Shown: positions 1 to 8,507 of the stretch, piece after piece
Layout: each line of letters starts with the position of its first letter
Position numbering within the stretch: position 1 is the stretch's first letter
From: a virus
Taxonomy: Duplodnaviria > Caudoviricetes
IMG/VR virus record: IMGVR_UViG_3300031673_000090
Span: 1-47,769 of that record
DNA length: 47,769 bases
Direction: 5' to 3' (one strand)
The notes under the pieces: generated by a model
What the model was told of the DNA's origin: nothing
The model's input: only the letters and a program-made list of their open reading frames with translations
The model's database searches: none
Position numbers and translations under genes: made by a program

Positions 1-65
1 AGAATACAATAAACAATTAATCATTTGTATTGATTATTAAATCATTTTGAATAAAGGGGATAAGA

Positions 66-404
66 ATGGCTCTTACTGCAAATTGGAGAGAGCGGAGCCT
101 GATTGACGCGGGTGGTCATACAGGTAACGTATATTATATGAGGATTATTGGCCGTGAGGGTTACGTGTGGAACCCCGTGACTGAGACAATGGTACTTCAT
201 ACGGCAATTACTTGGGCTGTTTCAGCGGCACTACTTGTAGAGGATGGTTTGACAGGGGTATTTCCAATTACCATTTCGCCAGAAATTCCTGCCAGTACGT
301 ATGATATAATTGTTTACCAAAGGGTGGGTGCTACTGCAGTCAATACTGATGGTGTAGAAAGTCACTTTCAGGCCAAACTTGGTGGGGATATTTTTGGCTT
401 CTAA
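66..404 (+). CDS. hypothetical protein (possible virion protein)
   Basis: 112-aa ORF with GGGGA RBS-like sequence upstream; beta-rich; no recognisable family. Confidence 0.6.
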   Translation: MALTANWRERSLIDAGGHTGNVYYMRIIGREGYVWNPVTETMVLHTAITWAVSAALLVEDGLTGVFPITISPEIPASTYDIIVYQRVGATAVNTDGVESHFQAKLGGDIFGF

Positions 405-448
405 CATGTCATTTGGAAATATAAATTAACTTAGACAGGTGAACGGAT

Positions 449-2320
449 ATGGGTATGGATTATTTTAATTTGATAAAAGGATCTGATGGTCCGGGGAAGA
501 ACACGGAATTAACTTTTGGCGATTTGTTAAGTGAATGTCGGGAATCCGCTAAAGAAAAAGTAAATGAAGCTGATTACAAAGAAGACAATGACGAGTTGAA
601 TAAGCTAAATAAAGGTAAGAAAAAAGATAAGGGAATGGTGGATGCCGGTGTCAACGGGGAAGAAGACCCCGACAAGGAAGAGGAACTTGAGAATGATATG
701 AAAGATCGCAGTAAGGATCCGGACTCAGACGTACCTCCACCTCCTGATGAAGTTAAAGATAATGACTCACCCATGGAGATGAGAAAAGAGTATCTGGGTA
801 AGTCAGATGAAACTCATTTTTACTTTATTACCACGGAAGGTGGTTCAGGTGATATTGATGATCTTGTAATTGCGGATCAAGATGGTGTAAAGAAGTACTC
901 TGCTAAAGAGCAGGATATTGAGATCTCGGAAGAAAGTATTCCTGATTTTCTTATTGCAGCTATTCGTGATATGATGATTGCTACGATAGAGAGAAGTATC
1001 TTCTTGAAGTATATCTATCCGAAGTTGATTGAGGAAGAGCCTGAAACTGCGGAAGAAGAGTTTGAAGAGGAAGAACTCTCGGAAGAACCTGACATGGAAA
1101 AGGCTCCAGAGGAAGCAAAGCCTCCGAGAGAGTCTGTACTACATGAGGCTGTTGAAGTTGATGAGCAGGAAGTTGATTTAAGTAAACTTGGCGATGATGA
1201 ACTCGTTGCAAAATACGAGGCACTTTTAGTTAAAGGGGGTGCTTCACATGCTGCTGGTCTTGATATGGCTGTTGAGATTAAGAAACGTGGATTAAGTATT
1301 AGCGAATCTAAAGTTCGACTTTTTGAAACGACAGTAGTGGATGATAAGGGAAATTCATTTGATGTGTTCCTCATGGATGATGATCAAGAAGCAACTACCA
1401 TCAGCATTAATGGTTTAGAGCATACTTTTGACCAATACAGTAAGTACTTTCAAGATGATACAGGTAAACTTACCGAGGAGGGATTAAAAGAGCTGGCTCT
1501 TGATACCCTTGCAAATCTTAGCGAAGAGGAATATAATGAGTTAGCTGCCCGGGCGATAGATGCTGAAAGTCAGGAGGGCAAGGTTGATCCGGATGTTGTT
1601 CACGTGCACAATCCACAAAATGAATCTAAAATTGAAGAAAATAATAAGGGGAATGATATGTTAGACGAAAAGAAAACAGTAAATAGCCTACTTGCTTTAG
1701 CACAAAAAGCAGAGAATGAAGCTAAGGCTCTTCGTAAAGAGGCTGAGAACTTAAAGAAAGCAAAAGAAGCGGCAAAGGCGAAAAAGGAATCAGTCGAGTC
1801 TGATATAGTTAAGACAAAGATTGAGGAAACTGATGTCACTAAAGGTACCAAGGCTTTGGTTAAGTTGGCAAAGGATGCCGCAAAGGTTTCTAATTATAAA
1901 GAAGCTGCTGATTACTATACGAAATTGGCTGAGATAGAGTCTATGGTTCCAGCCGAAGCCGCTGATGCAGCCGAGGAACTTCCAGAAGAGACTCCAGATG
2001 AAGCTTTAGAGGATGAGGCTCCAGCAAAGGAAGAAGCCCCAGAAGAAGAAATTGAGGATACACTGGAAGATGACCTCGAAGAGGATGTTATACCTAAGGA
2101 AGATGCAGTTGAGGAGGCTGCCGTCGAGGAGGCTGCCGTCGAGGAAGAAGTTACTGACGAGAAGAAAGCAGTACCTACTTGTAAGAAATGTGGCAAGAAA
2201 CACTGGCCCTTTGAGAAGTGTACTAAGGCGAAGAAAGAAAGCAAAATCGCATTAGAATCTACTGAGGATATTAATGAGACACGGCAGATACAAAGTCTGC
2301 GGAATTTGCTCGATATGTAG
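449..2320 (+). CDS. very acidic putative prohead core / internal head protein with repeated ES-x-V-x-E linkers and C-terminal Zn knuckle
   Basis: 623 aa, E/D-rich, upstream of protease and capsid genes; motifs ESVLHEA, ESKVRLFET, ESKIEE, ESKIALES; CKKCGKKHWPFEKC near C-terminus. Confidence 0.6.
   Translation: MGMDYFNLIKGSDGPGKNTELTFGDLLSECRESAKEKVNEADYKEDNDELNKLNKGKKKDKGMVDAGVNGEEDPDKEEELENDMKDRSKDPDSDVPPPPDEVKDNDSPMEMRKEYLGKSDETHFYFITTEGGSGDIDDLVIADQDGVKKYSAKEQDIEISEESIPDFLIAAIRDMMIATIERSIFLKYIYPKLIEEEPETAEEEFEEEELSEEPDMEKAPEEAKPPRESVLHEAVEVDEQEVDLSKLGDDELVAKYEALLVKGGASHAAGLDMAVEIKKRGLSISESKVRLFETTVVDDKGNSFDVFLMDDDQEATTISINGLEHTFDQYSKYFQDDTGKLTEEGLKELALDTLANLSEEEYNELAARAIDAESQEGKVDPDVVHVHNPQNESKIEENNKGNDMLDEKKTVNSLLALAQKAENEAKALRKEAENLKKAKEAAKAKKESVESDIVKTKIEETDVTKGTKALVKLAKDAAKVSNYKEAADYYTKLAEIESMVPAEAADAAEELPEETPDEALEDEAPAKEEAPEEEIEDTLEDDLEEDVIPKEDAVEEAAVEEAAVEEEVTDEKKAVPTCKKCGKKHWPFEKCTKAKKESKIALESTEDINETRQIQSLRNLLDM
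2111..2145 (+). repeat. 15-bp tandem repeat (gaggaggctgccgtc x2 plus partial) encoding EEAAV
   Basis: seen directly at 2111-2125, 2126-2140 and partial 2141-2145. Confidence 0.9.
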
Positions 2321-2351
2321 TATTTAGGTTACTTTATAGGTAAAAATACGT

Positions 2352-2492
2352 ACAGGAACAGTTCTGCCGCCAATGGGGCGGTAGGACCCCTGGATCACAA
2401 TGTTAATAGGTTATGTAGTACAGTTATTTGAGTACACCCGTCAAGCCTCTCAAACCTTAGGGTAACTGAAGCTCAAATGTGATGGGTCTTGT
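2352..2492 (+). ncRNA. candidate structured RNA abutting tRNA-Leu
   Basis: nested complementary segments: acagga/tcttgt, hairpin 2361-2387, atcaca/tgtgat, cagtta/taactg, tttgag/ctcaaa. Confidence 0.35.
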
Positions 2493-2566
2493 GGCCCTCT
2501 ATCCCAACTGGCAGAGGAGATGGTCTTAGAAACCATTTAGTGTGGGTTCGACTCCCTCGGGGGCTA
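2493..2566 (+). tRNA. trnL: tRNA-Leu(TAG), short variable loop
   Basis: acceptor GGCCCTC/GGGGGCT, anticodon arm ATGGT-CTTAGAA-ACCAT, T loop TTCGACT; no encoded CCA. Confidence 0.85.
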
Positions 2567-2567
2567 T

Positions 2568-2640
2568 TGCGATATAGACTGGAGTGGCTCCAGCTTGGCC
2601 TCATAAGCCAATGACCTGAGTTCGATTCTCAGTATCGCTA
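2568..2640 (+). tRNA. trnM: tRNA-Met(CAT), initiator-like (1:72 mismatch)
   Basis: acceptor TGCGATA/TATCGCT, anticodon arm TTGGC-CTCATAA-GCCAA, T arm CTGAG-TTCGATT-CTCAG. Confidence 0.85.
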
Positions 2641-2735
2641 TTGGTGCTCAACGAATTCCTATATGGTGACGCCTTGATGCTCAGAGAAATGGCACGGCGT
2701 CCTAAGTGTGTTGAGTTATTTCTCATTTGTTAGAT

Positions 2736-2809
2736 GATCTCATAGCCCAATTGGCAGAGGCGGCAGTTTCAAACACTGCAGGTTGAAGGTTCGAATCCTT
2801 CTGGGATTA
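2736..2809 (+). tRNA. trnL: tRNA-Leu(CAA), short variable loop
   Basis: acceptor GATCTCA/TGGGATT, anticodon arm GCAGT-TTCAAAC-ACTGC, T arm GAAGG-TTCGAAT-CCTTC. Confidence 0.9.
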
Positions 2810-2811
2810 TT

Positions 2812-2883
2812 GCTCGGATAGCTCAACGGTAGAGCACTGGTTTTGTAAACCAGAGGTTGTGGGTTCGAATCCGACTCTGAGCT
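2812..2883 (+). tRNA. trnT: tRNA-Thr(TGT)
   Basis: acceptor GCTCGGA/TCTGAGC, D arm GCTC..GAGC, anticodon arm CTGGT-TTTGTAA-ACCAG, TTCGAAT loop. Confidence 0.92.
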
Positions 2884-3228
2884 TTTGAATGGAGGGAAGA
2901 TGAACGATTTTGATTTTGGAAAAGATGTTGATAACTTGACACGGGAAGAAAGAACCATAGAAGAGTTAATGGAACTTTCTGTCTATGATGAACAGGATAT
3001 AAATAATTGTCCCGATGAATTCTTCCATCAGGAGTATCTATTTACCGCGGGTAGGGATAAGTTTGATTTTATAATGATGTTTATGAAAAATGTGGTTACA
3101 TTCCTATATACATCCCAGTTCACAATGGATATGATATAATGGTGATACGCTTAGTTAAAATAGTATATTCAAAAAGTTGGGCAAATTCAAAAGAAGTGGA
3201 TCAATAGTTGTCTGACTCTGAGCTTTTG
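2873..3228 (+). repeat. 15-bp direct repeat gactctgagcttttg (2873-2887 and 3214-3228): tRNA-Thr 3' end duplicated around a small ORF
   Basis: exact match read from the sequence. Confidence 0.85.
2900..3139 (+). CDS. hypothetical acidic protein inside tRNA cluster
   Basis: ORF track 2885..3139; ATG at 2900 follows GGAGG at 2891-2895. Confidence 0.65.
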   Translation: MNDFDFGKDVDNLTREERTIEELMELSVYDEQDINNCPDEFFHQEYLFTAGRDKFDFIMMFMKNVVTFLYTSQFTMDMI

Positions 3229-3284
3229 GTTTTGTTCTGTTACAGAATAGGGGTAACACTGTCAATGTCCGCAAAACTGGTTAT

Positions 3285-3358
3285 CCAAATGTAGGAAAGT
3301 TTGGTAATCCGCGTGGTTTGGGACCACGAGACCGCTGGTTCGAGTCCAGCCATTCGGA
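3285..3358 (+). tRNA. trnP: tRNA-Pro(TGG)
   Basis: acceptor CCAAATG/CATTCGG (one mismatch), anticodon arm CGTGG-TTTGGGA-CCACG, T arm GCTGG-TTCGAGT-CCAGC. Confidence 0.9.
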
Positions 3359-3434
3359 CTTGTTCTCTGCCAGTGGCAGTAGAATTTAAAAAGGCTTATC
3401 GTTGAGCCCGCCTGGCGAATCAACGGTATGATAC

Positions 3435-3508
3435 GGGCGAGTAGCTCAATTGGGAGAGCGCCTGGTTTGCAACCAGGAGGTTAAGGGTTCGAGGCCCTTC
3501 TCGGTCCA
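3435..3508 (+). tRNA. trnA: tRNA-Ala(TGC)
   Basis: GGGCGAG..CTCG(G)TCCA with G3:U70-type pair and one extra G; anticodon arm CCTGG-TTTGCAA-CCAGG. Confidence 0.88.
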
Positions 3509-3543
3509 TTGGGATAAGAAATAATACTATAGGGGATGACAAG

Positions 3544-6500
3544 ATGATATTAAATGAAATGGTGCAGGGTAAACCAATTCTCGAAGAAACCTCAAGAGAG
3601 AAACTTCCAGATGGCGTTTTGTGTAGGGTGTCATATCCTATCTGTGATATTGGTAAACGAAATGCAAATAAGCGAGTTTACGAGGCGGATGTTTGGGAGG
3701 GGGTTCATGCAGATAGTGGCCTTAAAGATAAGCTAGAAAATCGGGCACTCTTTGGTCATGCAGAACATCCTGAACAAACTCAATCTAATCTTGAGAAAAC
3801 CAGCCATGTTATTTTTGAAATGTGGAACGACGGTCAAGATAGAGAGTGGCAGAAGTTTGATGTTCTGGATACCCCCACAGGTCGAATTGTGGATTGCTTA
3901 CTCAGGGCAGGTTGCCGAGTAGGTTGTTCTACCCGAGCAGAGGGTGATCTTGAGGAAGCAGAGGATGACGAGGGTTCTTACCAAAAAGTTGTTGCAGAGA
4001 GTTACAAGTATATAACGACTGATTTTACTGCTGATCCCAGTACCTTCGGATCTGTTCCCCATGATATAAAAAGAAATGTTGTGTCTGAAGTTAAGAAAAT
4101 GTTTGAAACTAAAGATGTTGGCACAGGTGAAATAGAGTTCGCAGAAAAGGTGCTTGAATCCATGACGTGTAAGAAAACTAGAAAAGCTATAGGTAGAAAA
4201 CATAAATGCCAGCATTGTGGTGCCTGTGAAGCTCTTGAGGAGAGAAAAGTTTTGAAAGAAAATAAAACCGTATCAATCTTACTTGAAAATGGTACTATTA
4301 CAGAAGGTGCCACAGTTAAGTATGGTGCAAAAGATGCCAAGGTTGAGAAGATAGAAGAAGGCAATGTGACTTTGTCTGTCGGGGATGTAGAGCGTACTGA
4401 TGTAACAGTTAATGGTAACGCCAATGTCAGTGTTTCTGTAACAGGTGTTATTACTATTCTTCCTGAAGAAGTAATGGCCATTCCAGATGTAGGGCAAGAA
4501 GAGGTTCCTGCAGAATTAGATGTAGAACCCGCAGCAGAGCCCGTAGATGACATTCCTGTTGATGATATGCCTGTTGAGGACGAACTCGAGGCGGAACCTG
4601 AGTTGGATGATATGGATAAGGATGTAGTTCCCGAGAGCAGATTAACAAAAGAAAGTTTAACGGCCGCCTTAGGCAAAGTTGTTAAGATATTGGAAGGTGA
4701 GCATAAAGATAAAGAGGGTAAGCTCACTGAGATCAGTGAAGGAGCAATTGGAATTACTCTGGATGATGGAACGATAGTAAATATTGAGGATCCAACGTCC
4801 ATTAATATTACAGTGACGTCTCCGCCGGAACCTGAACCAGAACTTGAGGAAGAACCCGTTGTTGAACCAGAACTTGAAGATGAGGTTGTTGAACCTCTGG
4901 CTGATGAGGAAATTCCTGAGGCTAAAGAAGAAGGTTGTCCAAAGTGTGGTAACTTAGCAGTTGGACACAATGGACTTTGTCAGAAGTGTCAAGAAGAGGC
5001 GGAACGTCAAGCGAAAAGAGGAAAGAGTGATGCCTATGCCTCTGAATCTGTACTTGATGAAGTAAAAGCGCCTACAGCTTTTGGCGTTAGTGATAAATTG
5101 GATGCCGGAAATTTATTGAAGGATAAGGATGGTAAATCTTGGACGGTTACCGAGGTTACAAATTCTCGTTTACTTATCACTCAGCTGGGTGCACCGGGTA
5201 CTGAAAAATCTCTAAGTTGGGATGAAGTACCGGGTTGGGGTTTTACTAAATTAGCCGAACGGGAATTGGCCAAGGATCCGCATGCTGTGGTTGTTCGTGC
5301 TACAGGTGGTGGTTGGGGAGTTTGGTTAACTGGTGATGGAAAGGATAGATGGTTGGCTGTCTTTTCTGATAAGGATGCTGCAGTTAAACGGGCAGAAAAA
5401 GTTGCCGGTGATGGGGGTATTGATTACACGGGAGTGGAGGAATCTGTACTGGATGAAACAGGTTTTAAATCCGTAGATAGAGACCATTTGAAGAAATTGG
5501 TTAACTGGATGAAGTCTGTTGACCAGAAAAATTATCCCTATGGTAATTTACGCACTGATTTAGAAAAAGCTGAAGAGGCTTTAGAAAATTTAGGAAAATC
5601 TGGTGTAAAGGAATCTGCAGTTGATGAAACCGCGGACATTAATAAAATGTATTCCGATGCTGGTTTACCCACTCCGGATGGTAAAGGTGAGCACACGAAG
5701 GCTTTTCATAAGTTGGCTGTTGGAATTGCCAAGGATTATGTAAAGAGTGGTGATAGTCCTAAAGAAGCTTTGAGCAAGGCATACCCCACTGCTATGAAAC
5801 AACTTGGAAGAGATAAGGCAGTAAAGAAAGCTCATCAGAGAAATGAATCAATCTCCACAACGGTTAAAGAAATCAAGAGTCTAAAACTTCAGGAAGCTGT
5901 AGCAAGATCTGAAAGAGATAAGGCTATTGAATTATTGGAAGACCTTACAAATGGGAAGCAACAGTTTGAATCAAAGGTTGCAAAAGGTAAAGCTCTTGAA
6001 ATTAAGATGCTTGTTTCTCGAATGTCAAAGACTTTAGAAGCCAAAGAGCAGGAAGTAAACGCTCTTAGATTTAAACTTGAGGAAAAGGCTAAACTTGCTG
6101 CGGATCAAAAGAAATTGGTTTCTGAAGCCAGGGCTAATTCGTTAAAAGGAATTACAAGTTTGACAGAAGCGGTTGTCAGTGAAGCAAAAGTGATGAAGGA
6201 CGACTGGGCAAAATCAGACGCAAAGCATGCACAAGAATTGAATCAATTGAGTGAAGCATTAAAAGTAGAGGAGAAAAAGCATAAAGAATCTTGTGAGGTT
6301 TTGAAAGAAAAGATTACAAAAGAAGTTACTGCTGCAATTACTGAGCAGTTTATTAAGCGTTTTGTTGAGTTTAGACTATCCGAATCTAATTTGAAGGTTG
6401 ATGAAAATTCTCGGGCACTTCTCGAGCAAAGTACATCACTGGAAGACGTGGATAATCTTTTGGATGACATCGTAGATGCAAGCAGAAGGAGTGCACTTCA

Positions 6501-6609
6501 CTCTGAGGCAGTAAGGGGCATTCGTGTTCCTCAGCATACTATGCCAGATCCAGAAGGGGATAGGATTAAACGTAGTGTTAATAACATATTTGAAGGTATG
6601 AACGGATAG
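3544..6609 (+). CDS. prohead core protease (T4 gp21-like) fused to accessory modules and C-terminal scaffold-like coiled coil
   Basis: N-terminal ~175 aa has RNANKRVY, GHAEHP, VLDTPTGRIV, GCSTRAEG, DFTADPS motifs of gp21-type proteases; last ~250 aa helical; directly upstream of MCP. Confidence 0.9.
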   Translation: MILNEMVQGKPILEETSREKLPDGVLCRVSYPICDIGKRNANKRVYEADVWEGVHADSGLKDKLENRALFGHAEHPEQTQSNLEKTSHVIFEMWNDGQDREWQKFDVLDTPTGRIVDCLLRAGCRVGCSTRAEGDLEEAEDDEGSYQKVVAESYKYITTDFTADPSTFGSVPHDIKRNVVSEVKKMFETKDVGTGEIEFAEKVLESMTCKKTRKAIGRKHKCQHCGACEALEERKVLKENKTVSILLENGTITEGATVKYGAKDAKVEKIEEGNVTLSVGDVERTDVTVNGNANVSVSVTGVITILPEEVMAIPDVGQEEVPAELDVEPAAEPVDDIPVDDMPVEDELEAEPELDDMDKDVVPESRLTKESLTAALGKVVKILEGEHKDKEGKLTEISEGAIGITLDDGTIVNIEDPTSINITVTSPPEPEPELEEEPVVEPELEDEVVEPLADEEIPEAKEEGCPKCGNLAVGHNGLCQKCQEEAERQAKRGKSDAYASESVLDEVKAPTAFGVSDKLDAGNLLKDKDGKSWTVTEVTNSRLLITQLGAPGTEKSLSWDEVPGWGFTKLAERELAKDPHAVVVRATGGGWGVWLTGDGKDRWLAVFSDKDAAVKRAEKVAGDGGIDYTGVEESVLDETGFKSVDRDHLKKLVNWMKSVDQKNYPYGNLRTDLEKAEEALENLGKSGVKESAVDETADINKMYSDAGLPTPDGKGEHTKAFHKLAVGIAKDYVKSGDSPKEALSKAYPTAMKQLGRDKAVKKAHQRNESISTTVKEIKSLKLQEAVARSERDKAIELLEDLTNGKQQFESKVAKGKALEIKMLVSRMSKTLEAKEQEVNALRFKLEEKAKLAADQKKLVSEARANSLKGITSLTEAVVSEAKVMKDDWAKSDAKHAQELNQLSEALKVEEKKHKESCEVLKEKITKEVTAAITEQFIKRFVEFRLSESNLKVDENSRALLEQSTSLEDVDNLLDDIVDASRRSALHSEAVRGIRVPQHTMPDPEGDRIKRSVNNIFEGMNG

Positions 6610-6628
6610 TATTAGAAAGGTTTTACAA

Positions 6629-8140
6629 ATGACTGATATGGAATTAGTCCAATCTCAGCTGAACGCTCTACAGGAGCGTCAAGAGGGATTGATGCGCATT
6701 CCTCGTATTAAAAAGTACTTGGGTGTGGTTAATGAACACGTGAAGTCAAATCAAGGTCGGGATATGACGATTTATGAGAAACGTAACGTGGCTCAATGTC
6801 TCTATAATGCTGTGATTGATACCGGCTTAAAGGCCGGAACAAGATTGTTCGAAGCAACAACCGAGGATAACATTGCATTCTTGGGAGTACAGCTTCCGGT
6901 TATCGCGGCACTTTTGCCTTCGTTGGCTCTTAACGAAATCGCAGTTGTGCAGGCAATGGACCGGAGAATTGCTGCTGTGTTCTATCTGGATGTGAAGTAT
7001 GGTTCAACTAAGGGTGGTGTCACTTCTGGCGCAACGATGATGTCGGCAACGACTGGTCACAATGAAGCAACTGCTGGTCGTCGGTACGCAATGGCTCGTG
7101 TAGTTGGCGAGGTATTGACGGATGTCGCTCCAAGTTCTGCAGTGTACACGGGTACCGTAACTTATTCTCCTGGTCTTATCAATTTGGAGAATGTTAAGAT
7201 TTATGATGCCGCGGGTACTTTGTTAGGTTCGGCTGATGAAGATGGCGTTGTTACTGCCGCTTCTGCAACAGGTGTAACCGGCACTATTACCACTGCGGGT
7301 GTGTATAGCCTCGATTTTAGTGGTACAGCTCTTGGTTCAGGTCTAGGCGCAACTATTACTTATGATTATCAGTATGATCTCCCTGTAGATGATAATAATG
7401 AGCGAATTGGTGTGCCTGAGGTTGATGTTAGCGTTCGTCAGGAAACTGTGGAAGCAATTGACTTCCCGCTGAGAGCAAAGTACAGCATCGGTGCACAGAT
7501 TGATTTGATGAAAGCTCATGGGATAAATCTCGAATCCGAACTGGTTAAGTACTTAGGTGGAGAAGTTAAATTCACGATTGATCAGGTGGGACTCGACATG
7601 ATTGATGATGCTGCAGCTGGTACGGGTTCAGCGGATGCAATCACTACCTGGGATGCTCGCCCAAGTCAGGGTGAACCATGGATTTGGAAAAAGGAGGAGT
7701 TGCTTGACCGTTTTGAACAGGGATCAAATAACATCTTTGAGAAGACGAAGAGAGGCGTTGCAACGTTTATCCATTGCGGAAATAACGTAGCACGGATCAT
7801 TCGGCAACTTGATAAGTTCAAAGCACGTGGTGGGGCCACGAATATTCCGACTGGTCCTATGGTAATTGGTACACTTGACGGACGAACAGTTGTACAGAAT
7901 CCGTTCAAGAGTTCCAACTATTACACGATGGGATTTAGAGGACCGAGTTATTTGTATGCAGGCTTTATTTATTGCCCATACATCCCATTGTTCACCACAC
8001 CGACTCTGATTACTTCGGACTTGATGGCTCAGAAAGGCTTTCTTTCGAGTGCAGGTTTCAAGGTGGTCAACGCCGGTCTATTCTGCCAGGGTTTGATTCA
8101 GAACCTGGGTGGTGGATATGTTTTAGGTGTTGATGTGTAA
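6629..8140 (+). CDS. major capsid protein (T4 gp23-like)
   Basis: EIAVVQAM..AAVFYLDVKY, LRAKYSIGAQIDLMKAHGINLESEL, GFIYCPYIPL motifs typical of gp23 family. Confidence 0.95.
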   Translation: MTDMELVQSQLNALQERQEGLMRIPRIKKYLGVVNEHVKSNQGRDMTIYEKRNVAQCLYNAVIDTGLKAGTRLFEATTEDNIAFLGVQLPVIAALLPSLALNEIAVVQAMDRRIAAVFYLDVKYGSTKGGVTSGATMMSATTGHNEATAGRRYAMARVVGEVLTDVAPSSAVYTGTVTYSPGLINLENVKIYDAAGTLLGSADEDGVVTAASATGVTGTITTAGVYSLDFSGTALGSGLGATITYDYQYDLPVDDNNERIGVPEVDVSVRQETVEAIDFPLRAKYSIGAQIDLMKAHGINLESELVKYLGGEVKFTIDQVGLDMIDDAAAGTGSADAITTWDARPSQGEPWIWKKEELLDRFEQGSNNIFEKTKRGVATFIHCGNNVARIIRQLDKFKARGGATNIPTGPMVIGTLDGRTVVQNPFKSSNYYTMGFRGPSYLYAGFIYCPYIPLFTTPTLITSDLMAQKGFLSSAGFKVVNAGLFCQGLIQNLGGGYVLGVDV

Positions 8141-8157
8141 GAATGGATTGTTAGTTC

Positions 8158-8189
8158 GTATGGGGAGGCCTTCCTCCCTATACTTTTTT
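8158..8189 (+). terminator. rho-independent terminator after capsid gene
   Basis: GTATGGGGAGG-CCTT-CCTCCCTATAC followed by T6. Confidence 0.85.
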
Positions 8190-8205
8190 AAGTAGAGGAG
8201 ATAAT

Positions 8206-8502
8206 ATGCGGGGTATAGTGGTAAAGATTAAGGCCTTGTTGGATTGTAATTTACGCACCTATTACGAAAGTCATGATTTGATAAAGGATGAAGTAAAATC
8301 TATTCGGTTTAAGAATATAAATACAGTTACTGAGTTGTTGAAATTTAAGAATTTTGTTCTGGCTCGTCCAGATGAGGAAGAAGTTCGGAGTATACCCGTA
8401 CTATGGCCAGAGGTGGATGAGGATGTCTTAGTTGCCGTGGAAAATGGACAGGTACTGCGGTCGGGAATTGATGTGGAAGATGAGCAAATACTCCTCCTAT
8501 AA
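8206..8502 (+). CDS. hypothetical protein
   Basis: 98-aa ORF with GAGGAG RBS. Confidence 0.7.
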   Translation: MRGIVVKIKALLDCNLRTYYESHDLIKDEVKSIRFKNINTVTELLKFKNFVLARPDEEEVRSIPVLWPEVDEDVLVAVENGQVLRSGIDVEDEQILLL

Positions 8503-8507
8503 ACTCA

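Noticed and set aside
2740-2958. Minus-strand 72-aa ORF over the tRNA cluster
   Set aside because: It is the antisense translation of tRNA-Leu and tRNA-Thr
3359-3430. Hairpins after tRNA-Pro (tatcgttga/tcaacggta with ggcgaa) considered as an HDV-like theta ribozyme
   Set aside because: No P3/L3 or P1.1 elements can be placed and it does not start at the tRNA 3' end; treated as ordinary spacer stems
420-8323. T4 late-promoter-like TATAAAT(A/T) at about 420 and 8316
   Set aside because: One is imperfect, the other lies inside a CDS, and the motif is absent upstream of the main structural genes; expected by chance in AT-rich DNA
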